From Candidatus Hydrogenedentota bacterium (GTDB lineage Bacteria; Hydrogenedentota; Hydrogenedentia; Hydrogenedentales; JAEUWI01), in NCBI GenBank assembly GCA_034669905.1, contig JAXMOL010000044.1, positions 1 through 64,000 on the forward strand: 64,000 bases of DNA. Direction: 5' to 3'. Position 1 is the first letter of the stretch. Each line of letters starts with the position of its first letter. The translations under genes and the position numbers were made by a program. Below, piece after piece: positions 35,746 to 46,300 of this stretch. The notes beneath the pieces are model-generated. The model worked only from the letters and a program-made list of their open reading frames with translations. It did no database searches and was not told the DNA's origin.

Positions 35746-37629
35746 TCAGTTGCGAATGACATGTTCCGGAACCAGCGCGTAGCGGTTCACGCCGTGCACC
35801 CGGAAGTAACCGTCATCATCAATGGCGTGTACCTTCAGTGACCAGATGCCCGGACTATTGTCGACGGCAAGCGTGTGGGTCTGTGCCTTGGTGACCGCGT
35901 CGGCTGCCAATGCCATCGTCCCATCGGGACGACTCAGGGAGAAGGAAGCCCTTTCTTTTCCACCACCGGATAGGGTGACGGTCACCGATTCCGGGTTTGC
36001 GTCGATCCAGAAATAGACCCTGCCGCCCCGCTTGTTAAAGGTTACCTGTTCCCCATAAAGCACCCACGGTGCGCCCTCCAGCTGGACGGAAAACGCATTG
36101 GGGACGCCCGAACCCGCACTGGCCAGGACCACGTAGGGGCCGTCTGCCGGTGCGGTAAGGGGAAGAGCGATGCGCTGGTTTACGCCACAAGTCGCTTCCG
36201 CAATGACTTCCATGGTCGGGTTGTATACGATGACACGGCCCGCGCTGGTGTAAGTCCCCAACTGGAAGTGCTGTAGATGGACGGTGACCTCATCCCCTTT
36301 TTTCGCCTGGAAGACCACCTGATGCTGACCGCGGAGTCCCAGGTGATCGGGGGTGCGGGGCACCGTCGGGGGGACGTTTTTCACAACTTTCCAATCGCGG
36401 GCTTCCAGCAAGAGTTCGTGGAGGTTGCCCGGTCGCTCCAGGGGTAAGGCCTGGGCGGTGAGGGCACTTTCATAGGTGCCTCCCGATTGCTGATAGGAAT
36501 CCAGTTCATCATTCAGTGCACGGAAGAGGGCCGTAAAGGGCTGGGACTTCTCCGGGGTTCCGCCCCAACGGGTGGAGGCGTAGACCCAATAACCGGCCGA
36601 GCGGATGCTCCGGTGATAGACGTTTCCAGGGACGGCTTTCATGAACTCGGTGGGCAGCTCTCCCGAGTTGTCATAGCCGACCCAGATGCCGGGGCAGTAG
36701 AAGAAGGGCGCGCCCACTCTTTCGCCCAGGCCCGCCTGATAGGTCAGGTAGTCTTCATTATAGGCGCCTGAGTAGGTGCCTTCGGGACAGATGAGCACAG
36801 GTTTTTCGGGGGTGGACAAGCCTTGTGCCAGGGCCTTGAACCAGGGGCGGTCCCGGAAGATTAGGAAGCCCAGTTGCAGATCGGGTTGACGGGCGTAGAT
36901 CGCTTCCCGCATGGCGGCCACGCGCTGGCGAACGGTCGTCTGTTGCCACGATTCGTAGTCGTTGCGGGCCTTCTGCGTGGCCAGCCAAGGGGCCCTATCG
37001 TCGATGGGCGCTTCGGCGACTTCGTTCAGGGCAGGGTGGGCCGCACCAAATTCCGCCGCGCAGTGATCGCAATAGCAGGGGATGGATAGAAAGGCGCCAC
37101 TGAAGGTGTACATCTCGGGATCGATGATAAGTCCGTCGAGCCGGTACTCGTCGCCAGAGAGGAGGTCGATGACCGCCAGGAAGCGTTGGGTGATGACCCG
37201 GTCCCAGTAGACATCGTCCAAGGGACAGGGGAGTTTGCCATTCTGGTAACGCCGGGGATTGTCCGCGAAGCCGGCCTGGGCGATGGCCCAAGCCGCGCCG
37301 GGGTCGAGGCAGTGGAAATAGCGGAGGCCGAGTTCCTTCGCCCGCCGGCTGGAGGCGCGCACATCGGCTTCCACGTCTTGGAAAGTGTAGGAGGGATGGA
37401 GAGAGCCGGTAGCCCGTTGCGCGGGGGTAACAGCGGTTTCCAGCCGTTGGATGATGGTGTTGAAGCCCGCTTCTTTGAGGGCTTCAAAAAGGGCGACGGG
37501 TGGGCTCCAATAGGCTCGGATGCGTTCGCCCTCTTGCCAGCCCGGGAGTTCGTGGCGGATTTCCTGGGCGTGGGACAGGCTTGCAAGGATGAGAAGGGCG
37601 AGTGGGATGTAGCGGTAGATACCCGGCAT
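35746..37629 (-). CDS. Secreted hypothetical protein, glycoside-hydrolase-like TIM barrel plus beta domains
   Basis: Signal peptide ending SHA; LKEAGFNTII, CPLD, IDPEMY, CYCDHC resemble GH42/GHL10-like families. Confidence 0.65.
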   Translation of the reverse strand: MPGIYRYIPLALLILASLSHAQEIRHELPGWQEGERIRAYWSPPVALFEALKEAGFNTIIQRLETAVTPAQRATGSLHPSYTFQDVEADVRASSRRAKELGLRYFHCLDPGAAWAIAQAGFADNPRRYQNGKLPCPLDDVYWDRVITQRFLAVIDLLSGDEYRLDGLIIDPEMYTFSGAFLSIPCYCDHCAAEFGAAHPALNEVAEAPIDDRAPWLATQKARNDYESWQQTTVRQRVAAMREAIYARQPDLQLGFLIFRDRPWFKALAQGLSTPEKPVLICPEGTYSGAYNEDYLTYQAGLGERVGAPFFYCPGIWVGYDNSGELPTEFMKAVPGNVYHRSIRSAGYWVYASTRWGGTPEKSQPFTALFRALNDELDSYQQSGGTYESALTAQALPLERPGNLHELLLEARDWKVVKNVPPTVPRTPDHLGLRGQHQVVFQAKKGDEVTVHLQHFQLGTYTSAGRVIVYNPTMEVIAEATCGVNQRIALPLTAPADGPYVVLASAGSGVPNAFSVQLEGAPWVLYGEQVTFNKRGGRVYFWIDANPESVTVTLSGGGKERASFSLSRPDGTMALAADAVTKAQTHTLAVDNSPGIWSLKVHAIDDDGYFRVHGVNRYALVPEHVIRN

Positions 37630-37704
37630 GGGAAATTCCTCTGGTGGCAGATACAAAAATGCCCACCGCGCGGGTGGGCGAAGGGGGGACAGGTGCCCGT
37701 TGGG

Positions 37705-38109
37705 TCATGCCTTGTTAAGCCACTGCACATATTCGATGACGTTGTTGTCCGGATCGGCGAAGTAGAGCCAGCGAACCTGTCCCGGGATGATCAGTGGTCC
37801 GTCGATGAGCGGAATCTTTCGAGCTTCCAGTTCGGCGATGACCACATCAATGTCGTCTACTCCCAGGGCCACATGGGGACAGTAGGGCTTCTCAATGACG
37901 GGGAGTTTGCGCGGAATGACCTTGCCGTCGTTATCCACGAGGGCCAGGAGCTCGAGATTTCCCCCCTCTAATTCGAGGTAGGCGAAGACCTCATTGTGGT
38001 CGGGGTCTTCCTTCTTGAACATGAGGGGCAGGCCAAGGACTTCGGTGTAGAAGGCGATGGAGCGGTCGATATCCGAAACCTGGAGGGCAACGTGGTCGAG
38101 GCGGGGCAT
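37705..38109 (-). CDS. VOC/glyoxalase family protein
   Basis: LDHVALQVSDIDRSIAFY, HVALGVDD, YFADPDNNVIEY. Confidence 0.9.
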   Translation of the reverse strand: MPRLDHVALQVSDIDRSIAFYTEVLGLPLMFKKEDPDHNEVFAYLELEGGNLELLALVDNDGKVIPRKLPVIEKPYCPHVALGVDDIDVVIAELEARKIPLIDGPLIIPGQVRWLYFADPDNNVIEYVQWLNKA

Positions 38110-38179
38110 GGAGTACTCCTTATGGGAATCGTGGTCGTGTGCAACGGGCTTTCGCCATTGCAGGAATAATAAATAAGAG

Positions 38180-38218
38180 GGGGTGGATGGCGCGCCAATC
38201 GGGCACGCCATCCACCCC
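38180..38218 (-). terminator. Strong hairpin, probable terminator
   Basis: GGGGTGGATGGCG / CGCCATCCACCCC perfect 13-bp stem just after the stop at 38231, with U-rich tail on -. Confidence 0.6.
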
Positions 38219-38230
38219 GCGATTGTATTT

Positions 38231-40519
38231 TCAGGAGCGCAGGGTTGGAATCCAGCTCTCCAGCAGATGCTGACAGTTTATCGCTTTTTCTACCAGGTCA
38301 TTGGGTATGTAGAAATAGTGATTGGAGGCTTCAAAGCCAATGCGGGAGTCCTTGGACTGAATGGCGTGCAGCTCCTGGGCCAGTTCGAGCTCACGTTTCA
38401 AGAGGGCTTCCAGTTCGTCGACCAGCGCGGTCTTCCCGTCGCCTTCGGCGGTGGCGAGTCCATCGCGGGCCATAATGAATCCCGTTTGATTGGCCACACT
38501 CTCAAAGTGCAACGCACAGGCACGGGTGATGAGCAGCTCCTGGGCCAGATTGGCTTGCTGCCGGGCGTTGAGCTTCGCGGCGTCTTGCGCGGCCAGGGCG
38601 TCTGCGGCCTGGTTAAAGCCGGTTGCCATCAGGGCAAATTGCTGGCGGAAGACTTCAGGTGGAAAGCCCGCCCGCCAGGTGTTCAGGCTGTCATAGGGGA
38701 AGCAGACCATGGTGGAACGGTAGCCTGTGGACTTCTGCCAGAGGAGGTTGGCGGGGCCGACCTGTTGGGGGCCGTTATACATGACGCCGATGTGATAGGG
38801 ATACTCCGAAAAGGCCGTGCTCACGTCCTGCCAGAACTGAACCGCATGGGGGGCGAAGTCGGCGCCGAAGCGATCGGTGGCCACCTGAAGTATCGCCTGC
38901 TCCGGCGTGGCGTCCGTATCAGTGCCCATGGCGGAGAAGACTTCGAGATTGGGGGAGGGATGGCCGCCCAATGTCCAGCCGAGCATGAGTCCTTCCACGC
39001 CTGCTTCGCGGAGATTCTTGGCGTGCTGCGCGGCATTGGCCACAGCGGGCACGTAGGGCACGCTCGACATTTCCCAGGTGTTGTTGGCCTGAATTTTGGC
39101 CACGGTCTTGATGCCGTGTTCGCGGGCGGCTGCCCAGTGGCGGGTGGCGCGGGGTCCGGGCCCGACGGCCGAGAGAGAGTACTCGCCCACGCGGGTTTCG
39201 ATGCCGCCCCGCACGACCATCATATCCCACTCGCTCACACTCTGGAGGGCGACGCCTTTGGGGAGGCGCGCGATAGCCTTCGGTGCCCACTCATTGTTCC
39301 AGCCCCAGTCCCAGACGATGTAATCGGCCTTGCTGTTGGCGGCCTGGATACCATCCCAGATAAGGGTGCTGACTTCGGCAACCACTTCATCGGGCGCGCG
39401 TTTTTTGCAGCGGGGGCATTTGCTCGGGCCCTTGGACCAGCAGTTGGTCAGGTTTTCCGAAGCGGAGATGGTGAAGATGCCGCCGAGATTGGGGACGGCC
39501 TTACAAAGGGTCGTGACGGAATCCTGGAGCCACTGCTGCACTTCGGGGATAGAGCTGCAGAGGGCGGATACTTCGCCACTGGAGACGCCCTTCAATTCGG
39601 GGTGGGCCTCAAAGAAGCGGTGGGGGAGGCCCCGGGGTTCATTGAGGTAGAGGAAAATATCGACGCCGGAGGCCTTGACGCGGTTGACCAGGTCATTGAG
39701 GTAGGCCAGGCGTTCTTCGTGTCCTTCGCTCATCTCCGGTTCCCAGGGGAAGGGGGTCAATTGATAGAGGAGGACGGGCATCCAGATGGCGCTCACGCCG
39801 GAGGCCTTCACCCGTTCGAGATACGCGGGGGGAAAGGGGTCAATCTCCGAGTTTTCCAGGGGGTCACCATAGAGGCCGAAATAGGGGGCGCAGTAGCGGG
39901 GGTTGAAGTGCTGCTCCCTGGCTTGGGGTGCGGCCCCTTCAAAAGGCGCACTCAGATGATCGACGAAGGCGAAGAGGGGCTCCTCCGTTTCGGCGATACC
40001 CTGGGGAAAGGCCGTCTTGACCCATTGGGCGATTTTTGCTTCGGCGGCCTGGGTCGCCTCGGAAGAGGGCGCGTATTTTACCGGCGGACAATTGGGTTTC
40101 AGGCTGCCAAATTTGATGAAGAGGAAGTCGTCTTCCCGCAGCACGAAATCCAGCTTCTCCGCATCCCAATCGAGGAGTGTGAGCAACTGGGGGTAGGGCA
40201 GGAGATGCCAGTTTCGCCGAATGACGGTGATGTAGGAGCGGGCCTGTTGTTCCGCATCGATGGCGGGCGGGGCAGGCAGGCCCATGGCCGTGCCCACAGC
40301 GAGGAGTTCTTCCGGGGTTGCTTCGACCGTCTTCGCCATACGCTCCAGGGGCACGAGGGACCAGTTGCGCCAGACGAAGGTGTGCAGGGTGTCGGGGAAG
40401 TGGGGAAAGGGTATGGGCTCGGGTGCAGAGCCCGTTGGCAGATTGACTCCCAGGAGTGCAATCAGCGCGACAAGTTGTACGGACATGGGTTGTATGCCTT
40501 TCGGGTCGAGTGGGGTCAA
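38231..40519 (-). CDS. Large secreted hypothetical protein, possibly glycoside-hydrolase-like
   Basis: 762-aa ORF, hydrophobic N-terminus (alt. start 40486), YLNEPR, SENLTNC, CPRC. Confidence 0.7.
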   Translation of the reverse strand: MTPLDPKGIQPMSVQLVALIALLGVNLPTGSAPEPIPFPHFPDTLHTFVWRNWSLVPLERMAKTVEATPEELLAVGTAMGLPAPPAIDAEQQARSYITVIRRNWHLLPYPQLLTLLDWDAEKLDFVLREDDFLFIKFGSLKPNCPPVKYAPSSEATQAAEAKIAQWVKTAFPQGIAETEEPLFAFVDHLSAPFEGAAPQAREQHFNPRYCAPYFGLYGDPLENSEIDPFPPAYLERVKASGVSAIWMPVLLYQLTPFPWEPEMSEGHEERLAYLNDLVNRVKASGVDIFLYLNEPRGLPHRFFEAHPELKGVSSGEVSALCSSIPEVQQWLQDSVTTLCKAVPNLGGIFTISASENLTNCWSKGPSKCPRCKKRAPDEVVAEVSTLIWDGIQAANSKADYIVWDWGWNNEWAPKAIARLPKGVALQSVSEWDMMVVRGGIETRVGEYSLSAVGPGPRATRHWAAAREHGIKTVAKIQANNTWEMSSVPYVPAVANAAQHAKNLREAGVEGLMLGWTLGGHPSPNLEVFSAMGTDTDATPEQAILQVATDRFGADFAPHAVQFWQDVSTAFSEYPYHIGVMYNGPQQVGPANLLWQKSTGYRSTMVCFPYDSLNTWRAGFPPEVFRQQFALMATGFNQAADALAAQDAAKLNARQQANLAQELLITRACALHFESVANQTGFIMARDGLATAEGDGKTALVDELEALLKRELELAQELHAIQSKDSRIGFEASNHYFYIPNDLVEKAINCQHLLESWIPTLRS

Positions 40520-40591
40520 TATCGTTGGGATTCATTAGATTATAAGGTGCCGTCTCGCGATGCAAGCACGATAGGCGGACGATGGCCCCGG

Positions 40592-41875
40592 TTATTTCTC
40601 CCAGGTCATGAGCTCTACGTCGGTGAGCATGACATTGCGCACATATTCTTTGCCTGATTCGTAGGTAATGGGCTCTCCGGCAGCACCATACTTGATGACA
40701 TTGGAAATCGACGATTCCGACAGGGAGCCGCCAATGAAAATGGTGTGGCGGGCCCGGCTGACGATATTGCTTATCATGATGTGGTAGGTATCGCCCAGGG
40801 GCGTGACGCCTCCCCAGACGGGATTGGAATCTCCGATCTTGACGGCGGCCTTGGCGTTCTTACCCGTCGACGTGTCAATAAGTCCGTCAAGGATTACATC
40901 GTGGATCTTCAGGCCACTGGCGTTCAGCAGACGAACGATGTGGTGTCCACCCGCCGTGTAGCCCCGCACATTGCGAATAACAATGTTGCGGATATCGTCC
41001 ATACCGCCACCGCGGTTGTTGGGGGCGCTGACCATGGTGCTGTCGGGGCTCCCCGCGCTTTTCTTTTCGTTGAGGATATTCGTCAGCGCGATGAGATCGT
41101 CGCCCGTGTGGCCGCTGATGTTGGAAATGTCGATGTCATGGCAGCCTTGCCGCAGGTCGAGGCCATCCTGGTTGAGGAACGTTTCAAACTTCCCGTTAAC
41201 CTCTTTGCCTTCCCCGGCGGAGAACTCGATGTCGCGGATGACGCCGTAGGCACAGCGTTCCAGGGAGATGGTCCAGGCGTGGGCATCTTTGAGGAAGAGG
41301 TTTTCGATACGAAATTGCTCGACGAAGGCCATAAGGATACCGATGTTGCGCCAGTCACCGGTCTGGCTTTCACCCTCGACGCCTGCGTCGGTACCATAGG
41401 TGCGCTTTCCCAGGGTTTTCGCGCTGTCGCCGGTAGCGCGGGGGTTGTCTGCCCCTTCGAGCAGAACGCGGCCTATTCCGACGATGCTCACGTTGGTCAT
41501 GGGCTGGATGTCGGTAATGCCCATCCCGCAATTGGCGCTGCGGATGATGTTGTCGCGGGACTGGTCGGACAATTTGATGTGGCAGTTCTCCAGTTCCAGG
41601 TAGGTATTGCTCTGGACGAGGATGGCCGAGTCGAGGAGCCAGAGTGGTCGGTCGCCCTCGGCGGATTGGTTGATACGGGGGACGACTACGCGCTCGCCGG
41701 ATTGCGCGGCGGCCTCAATGGCCTGGTTAATGCGCTCGACATCGGAGCCTTCAAAGTCGTTGGGGGAGATGGCGGCCACGGCGCTCAGGCCGGGGAGGGC
41801 GAGTGTGGTGACGAGTAGGTTGCGTACTAAGCGGGAAGCCATCGGAGAAAGATTGGCCCTGAATCCTGAGAACAT
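40592..41875 (-). CDS. Secreted parallel beta-helix protein, GH28/pectin-lyase-like (copy 2)
   Basis: INQAIEAA, NQDGLDL, TGDDLIAL, GHH; signal peptide. Confidence 0.8.
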   Translation of the reverse strand: MFSGFRANLSPMASRLVRNLLVTTLALPGLSAVAAISPNDFEGSDVERINQAIEAAAQSGERVVVPRINQSAEGDRPLWLLDSAILVQSNTYLELENCHIKLSDQSRDNIIRSANCGMGITDIQPMTNVSIVGIGRVLLEGADNPRATGDSAKTLGKRTYGTDAGVEGESQTGDWRNIGILMAFVEQFRIENLFLKDAHAWTISLERCAYGVIRDIEFSAGEGKEVNGKFETFLNQDGLDLRQGCHDIDISNISGHTGDDLIALTNILNEKKSAGSPDSTMVSAPNNRGGGMDDIRNIVIRNVRGYTAGGHHIVRLLNASGLKIHDVILDGLIDTSTGKNAKAAVKIGDSNPVWGGVTPLGDTYHIMISNIVSRARHTIFIGGSLSESSISNVIKYGAAGEPITYESGKEYVRNVMLTDVELMTWEK

Positions 41876-41971
41876 GTAAGAGACTCCGTTGAGAATGTTG
41901 TTTCATACTGAAGAAGGCATCGTACGCCAAGGGGCAGTCGCGGGCCTGTTATTCCGCGACGATGGACCCAA

Positions 41972-43255
41972 CTATTTTTTCCAGGTCATGAGCTTTACGT
42001 CGGTGATCATGACATTACGCACATATTGTTCGCCCGACTGGTAGGTGATGGGTTCGCCAGCGGCACCATACTTGATGACATGGGAGATGGAAGATTCGGA
42101 TAGGGAGCCGCCGATGAGGACGGTATGTTTCGCCCGGCTTACGATGTTGGTGATGAAGATGTGGTAGGTATCGCCCAGGGGCGTGACGCCTCCCCAGACG
42201 GGATTGGAATCTCCGATCTTAACGGCGGCCTTGGCGTTCTTTCCGGTCGACGTGTCAATAAGACCATCAATGATGACATCGTGAATCTTCAGGCCACTGG
42301 CGTTCAGCAGCCGAATGATGTGGTGTCCGCCCGCCGTGTAGCCCCGCACATTACGGATAATGATATTTCGGATGTCGTCTTTGCCGTCACCGCGGTTATT
42401 GGGGGTGCTGACCATGATGTAGTCGGGGCTTCCCGCGCCGTAGTTTTCATTGACGATATTGGTCAGGGCAATGAGATCGTCGCCCGTGTGGCCGCTGATG
42501 TTGGAAATGTCGATGTCGTGGCAGCCCTGGCGGAGGTCGAGGCCATCCTGGTTGAGAAAGGTTTCAAACTTCCCGTTTACCTCTTTACCTTCCCGGGCAG
42601 AGAATTCGATGTCGCGGATGACGCCGTAGGCACAGCGTTCCAGGGAGATGGTCCAGGAGTGGGCGTCTTTCATGAAGAGATTTTCAATACGGAACTGCTC
42701 CACGTAGGCCATAAGGATGCCGATGTTACGCCAGTCACCGGTCTGGCTCTTGCCCTCGACTCCTGCGTCGGTGCCATAGGTGCGCTTGCCCAGGACTTTC
42801 GCGCTGTCCCCGGTCGAGCGGGGATTGTCTGCCCCCTCCAGCAAAACCCGGCCAATACCCACGATGCTCACGTTGGTCATGGGCTGGATGTCGGTGATGC
42901 CCATCCCGCAATTGGCGCTGCGGATGATATTGTCGCGGGACTGGTCGGACAATTTGATGTGACAGTTTTCCAGTTCCAGGTAGGTATTACTCTGAACCAG
43001 GATGGCCGAGTCGAGGAGCCAGAGTGGTCGGTCGCCCTCGGCGGATTGGTTGATTCGAGGAATGACTACGCGCTCGCCGGTTTTCGCGGCGGCCTCAATG
43101 GCCTGGTTGATGCGCGCCACATCGGAGCCTTCGAAGTCGTTGGGGGAGATGGCCGCCATGGCGCTCAGACCCTGGAGGGCGAGGGCGGCGACGAACAGGT
43201 TGCGCACGAGGGGAGAATGGGACTGGAAAGGCAAGGCCTTAAAGCGTAAAAACAT
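41972..43255 (-). CDS. Secreted parallel beta-helix protein, GH28/pectin-lyase-like (copy 1)
   Basis: Same motifs and same length (427 aa) as the adjacent copy. Confidence 0.8.
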   Translation of the reverse strand: MFLRFKALPFQSHSPLVRNLFVAALALQGLSAMAAISPNDFEGSDVARINQAIEAAAKTGERVVIPRINQSAEGDRPLWLLDSAILVQSNTYLELENCHIKLSDQSRDNIIRSANCGMGITDIQPMTNVSIVGIGRVLLEGADNPRSTGDSAKVLGKRTYGTDAGVEGKSQTGDWRNIGILMAYVEQFRIENLFMKDAHSWTISLERCAYGVIRDIEFSAREGKEVNGKFETFLNQDGLDLRQGCHDIDISNISGHTGDDLIALTNIVNENYGAGSPDYIMVSTPNNRGDGKDDIRNIIIRNVRGYTAGGHHIIRLLNASGLKIHDVIIDGLIDTSTGKNAKAAVKIGDSNPVWGGVTPLGDTYHIFITNIVSRAKHTVLIGGSLSESSISHVIKYGAAGEPITYQSGEQYVRNVMITDVKLMTWKK

Positions 43256-43351
43256 GTAAGAGACTCCGTTGGGGTGTATGTGGTGTTTTGAAAAAAAAGG
43301 GCGCAGGACGACATGGTGCCCCGCCGCTGAATTGATTACGTGTTGTAGTGC

Positions 43352-46300
43352 CTATCGGGTGCCCATGGGTGCCAGGGTGCCATCGGGAAGTAGCCGTTGG
43401 GTCCAGGCGGTCGTATCTTCAGGAGGTTGGACGGTGCTGCCGTAGATCAGGAGGCTGCCATCGCCCCCTTCGGCAATGCCCCAGCCGGCATCCAGATAGA
43501 CGGGGGGAAGCGTCGCTGTCCACAGCAGGTTGCTGTAGGCATCCAGCCGGTAGACCGTTGGCTCGAAGGCGCCATTCTCCCGGGGCTGTGCGACCAGTAC
43601 GGCGAGGTCACCCTGGGTGGTTCCCACAATCGCACGTAGGTTCGGCGCGTCGACTTCGGGAAGCACCTGCTCCCAAAGCAGATTGCCGTCTGAATCGACG
43701 CGCACCAGGAGGGCTTCTCCTGGAAGTCCGTCGAGGGAGGTGGAGCCCGAAAGAATCAAATCCCCGCCAGGCAGGGCGTCGATGTCCTGCACACTGTCGA
43801 AGGCATAGCCTTCGAGGTCGAGTTCCCACAGCACGTCCAGTTGGGCGTTGGTCTTAATCAAGAGCTGCTCATGATACTGCCCGCCGAGGGCACTGTAATT
43901 GCCTAAGGAAACCCGTCCGCCATCGGGGGTAATGGCGGTCGGCGCCTCGCGATGAGGCTCGGGGTAGACGGAGGATTGGTCGGTGGGTTGGGGCCCGAGG
44001 TGGGCGGTGCGGGCGTTGGCCTGAAGGGCCAGGCCACCGGACTTCAGGTTGCAGGTAAGTTCGTGGATATATTGAATGGAACCTACAAAGTGTCGGGGCG
44101 AGAAGATAGCGCCGTCAAAGTCATTGGCAGAGCCGAGGGCCCGCCCGGCATTGGTAAAGATGCGGATGTTGCCGTCGTTAAAGCTGTCGAATGTAGAGGC
44201 AGTCTGATACCGGAGGGTGGGGCTCGTGCCTCCCGAGAGCGTGTTGAGCAGGTAGAATCCGAAGCGATTGCCACTGGACATGGTGATATTCGGGATATCA
44301 ACTTCCGTGGCGGTGCTGGTCGTTACACTGAGGTCTCCCTGGAACGCCCAAACGCCCGCATTGTTTTCGTTTCCGATCGAGCTCGATGCCGAGGCATAGG
44401 TGCGAACATTGGCGGTCTGGCCCGACGTGCTGAAATTCAGCGTAATGGAATCGACCCGGAGATTCTTCAGGGCGTTCAGGTCAAACATGATGCCCGCCTG
44501 ACTGTTGTCTGGCGTGGTCGGGGGGGTAAAGGTGGAGATTTCCTCGGCCGTGACACGCACCGCGAAACTGTTGTCGCTAAAGGTGCCCTCGTTGGTTAGC
44601 AGCTCCATGGTGGCGTCGAAACAACCCGCCGTGGTGTAGGTGTGGCTGGTGGTCGTCCCTGCGACGGTTGTCGTGGTGCCATCCCCCCAGGTCCATCGTC
44701 GTGAGACACCGGTCAGGTTTCCGAGGAAGGTCTGGTCCTCGAAATTGACCGTATGGGGCTTGGGTCCTTTTACCGCGGACGTCTCGAAATACTTCACCAC
44801 GGGCCGCACGAGTATATTGCTGCTGATGGTGCCGGTGGCCATGTTGCCCTGGGACGTGGTGATGGTCAGTTCCACCGGGTAGTTTCCCGGTTCGACGTAG
44901 AGATGGCTGGTCGTGTTGCCGGCCGTCGTCGCCGTATCGGTATCTTTGAAGTCCCAGTTGCGTGAGGTGATGGTCAGGTCACCGACGGTCGTGTTGTCGG
45001 TAAACGTGACATTCAGGTCGTGGGGCTGATTGGTGACGTTGCCACTGAAATTGATGGGATGGAGCGTGATGGACTGGGCAGTGGCGCTTTCAACATCCCC
45101 GATGTTGGTGTTGAGGGTGAGTTTCGCCTGGCTCACGGCGGTGTTCGTGCCGGTATTGGTGTATTGGTGGGACACGGTCGTGGTGGGGGCATTGACCACC
45201 ACGGATGTGCCGTCGCCGAAGTCCCAGGTGCGGCTGGTGACTACCACCGAATCCGGTGTGGTGGTATCGGTGAAGAGCACGTCCATGACAGCGGGCCCTT
45301 CGTCCACGTCGGTGGTGAAACTCACGACCGGTGCCACGTTGATGGGCGTGATGCCGGTGTAGGTCTGGCTACCCTGCACGGTGCTCACGATCATGGAAAG
45401 GGTGTAGGAGCCTGCAGCGGTGTAGCTGTGGCTCGTGGCGGGCGTTTGGGCCGTGCCATCGCCATAGTTCCATTGGGTGGTAAGTATGGGGAGGTCCCCT
45501 GCCGGGGTGGTGTTGCTGACGGTAATGGCGTGGGTAACTGTTCCGGAAGTGCCGCCGGTGACCGCGTAGCTCAGCGGGTGGGCGGTGATGTAGTTGACTT
45601 CCGTCTTCGAGAGCATGCCCTGGATGTCGGTCGTCAGGTCCATGGTTACGTCGTAGGTCCCCGCCGTGCTGTACGTGTGCGATACGGTGGTGTTGGCCGT
45701 GGTTGTCGTGGAACCGTCGCCGAAATCCCAGGCGCGGCTGGTGGTGTTGACGCTCCCGCCGGCCGTGTTGTCCGTAAAGGTGACCGTAAAGGTGCCCGGC
45801 CCCGAACGATAATCGGCACTGAAAGTGGGCACGGGGTTGGCCATGATGGGCGCCGCGAGGCTACCGGAGAAATTGCCACCCGACGTAACGATGGTGAGCG
45901 TGGGTGTGTAATTGCCCGGCGCGGTGTAGGTGTGGCTCGTGCTGTTGGTCTGGGTCGTTACCGTGCCCGTACCATCGCCAAAGTTCCAGACCCAATCGGT
46001 GACGGTCAGATTACCAATGACGGTCGTGTCGGTGAGGGTGACCGTGAGGGGCGTGGGGCCGCTGCTGGCGGACGTGCTGAGTTGGACATCGGGCGTTACG
46101 GTAATGAGATCGGTCTCTGTAGCGACCACCTGCCCCTGAGCGGAGGTAATGATCATGGTGACCGAGTAGACACCTGCTGCCACATAGGTATGGCTGGGGT
46201 TCTGGTCACTGCTCGTGCCGCCGTCTCCGAAATTCCAGGCGTAGGCCGTGGGAGTGACGGAACCGAGGTTGGTGGTGTCGGTAAAATTCACCGTGAAGGG

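Noticed and set aside
38183..40657. 824-aa + strand ORF and other long antisense ORFs (e.g. 50059-51612, 45020-46489, 11041-12288, 13155-14378)
   Set aside because: They mirror well-supported genes on the opposite strand, lack motifs, and are expected shadows of GC-rich codon usage.
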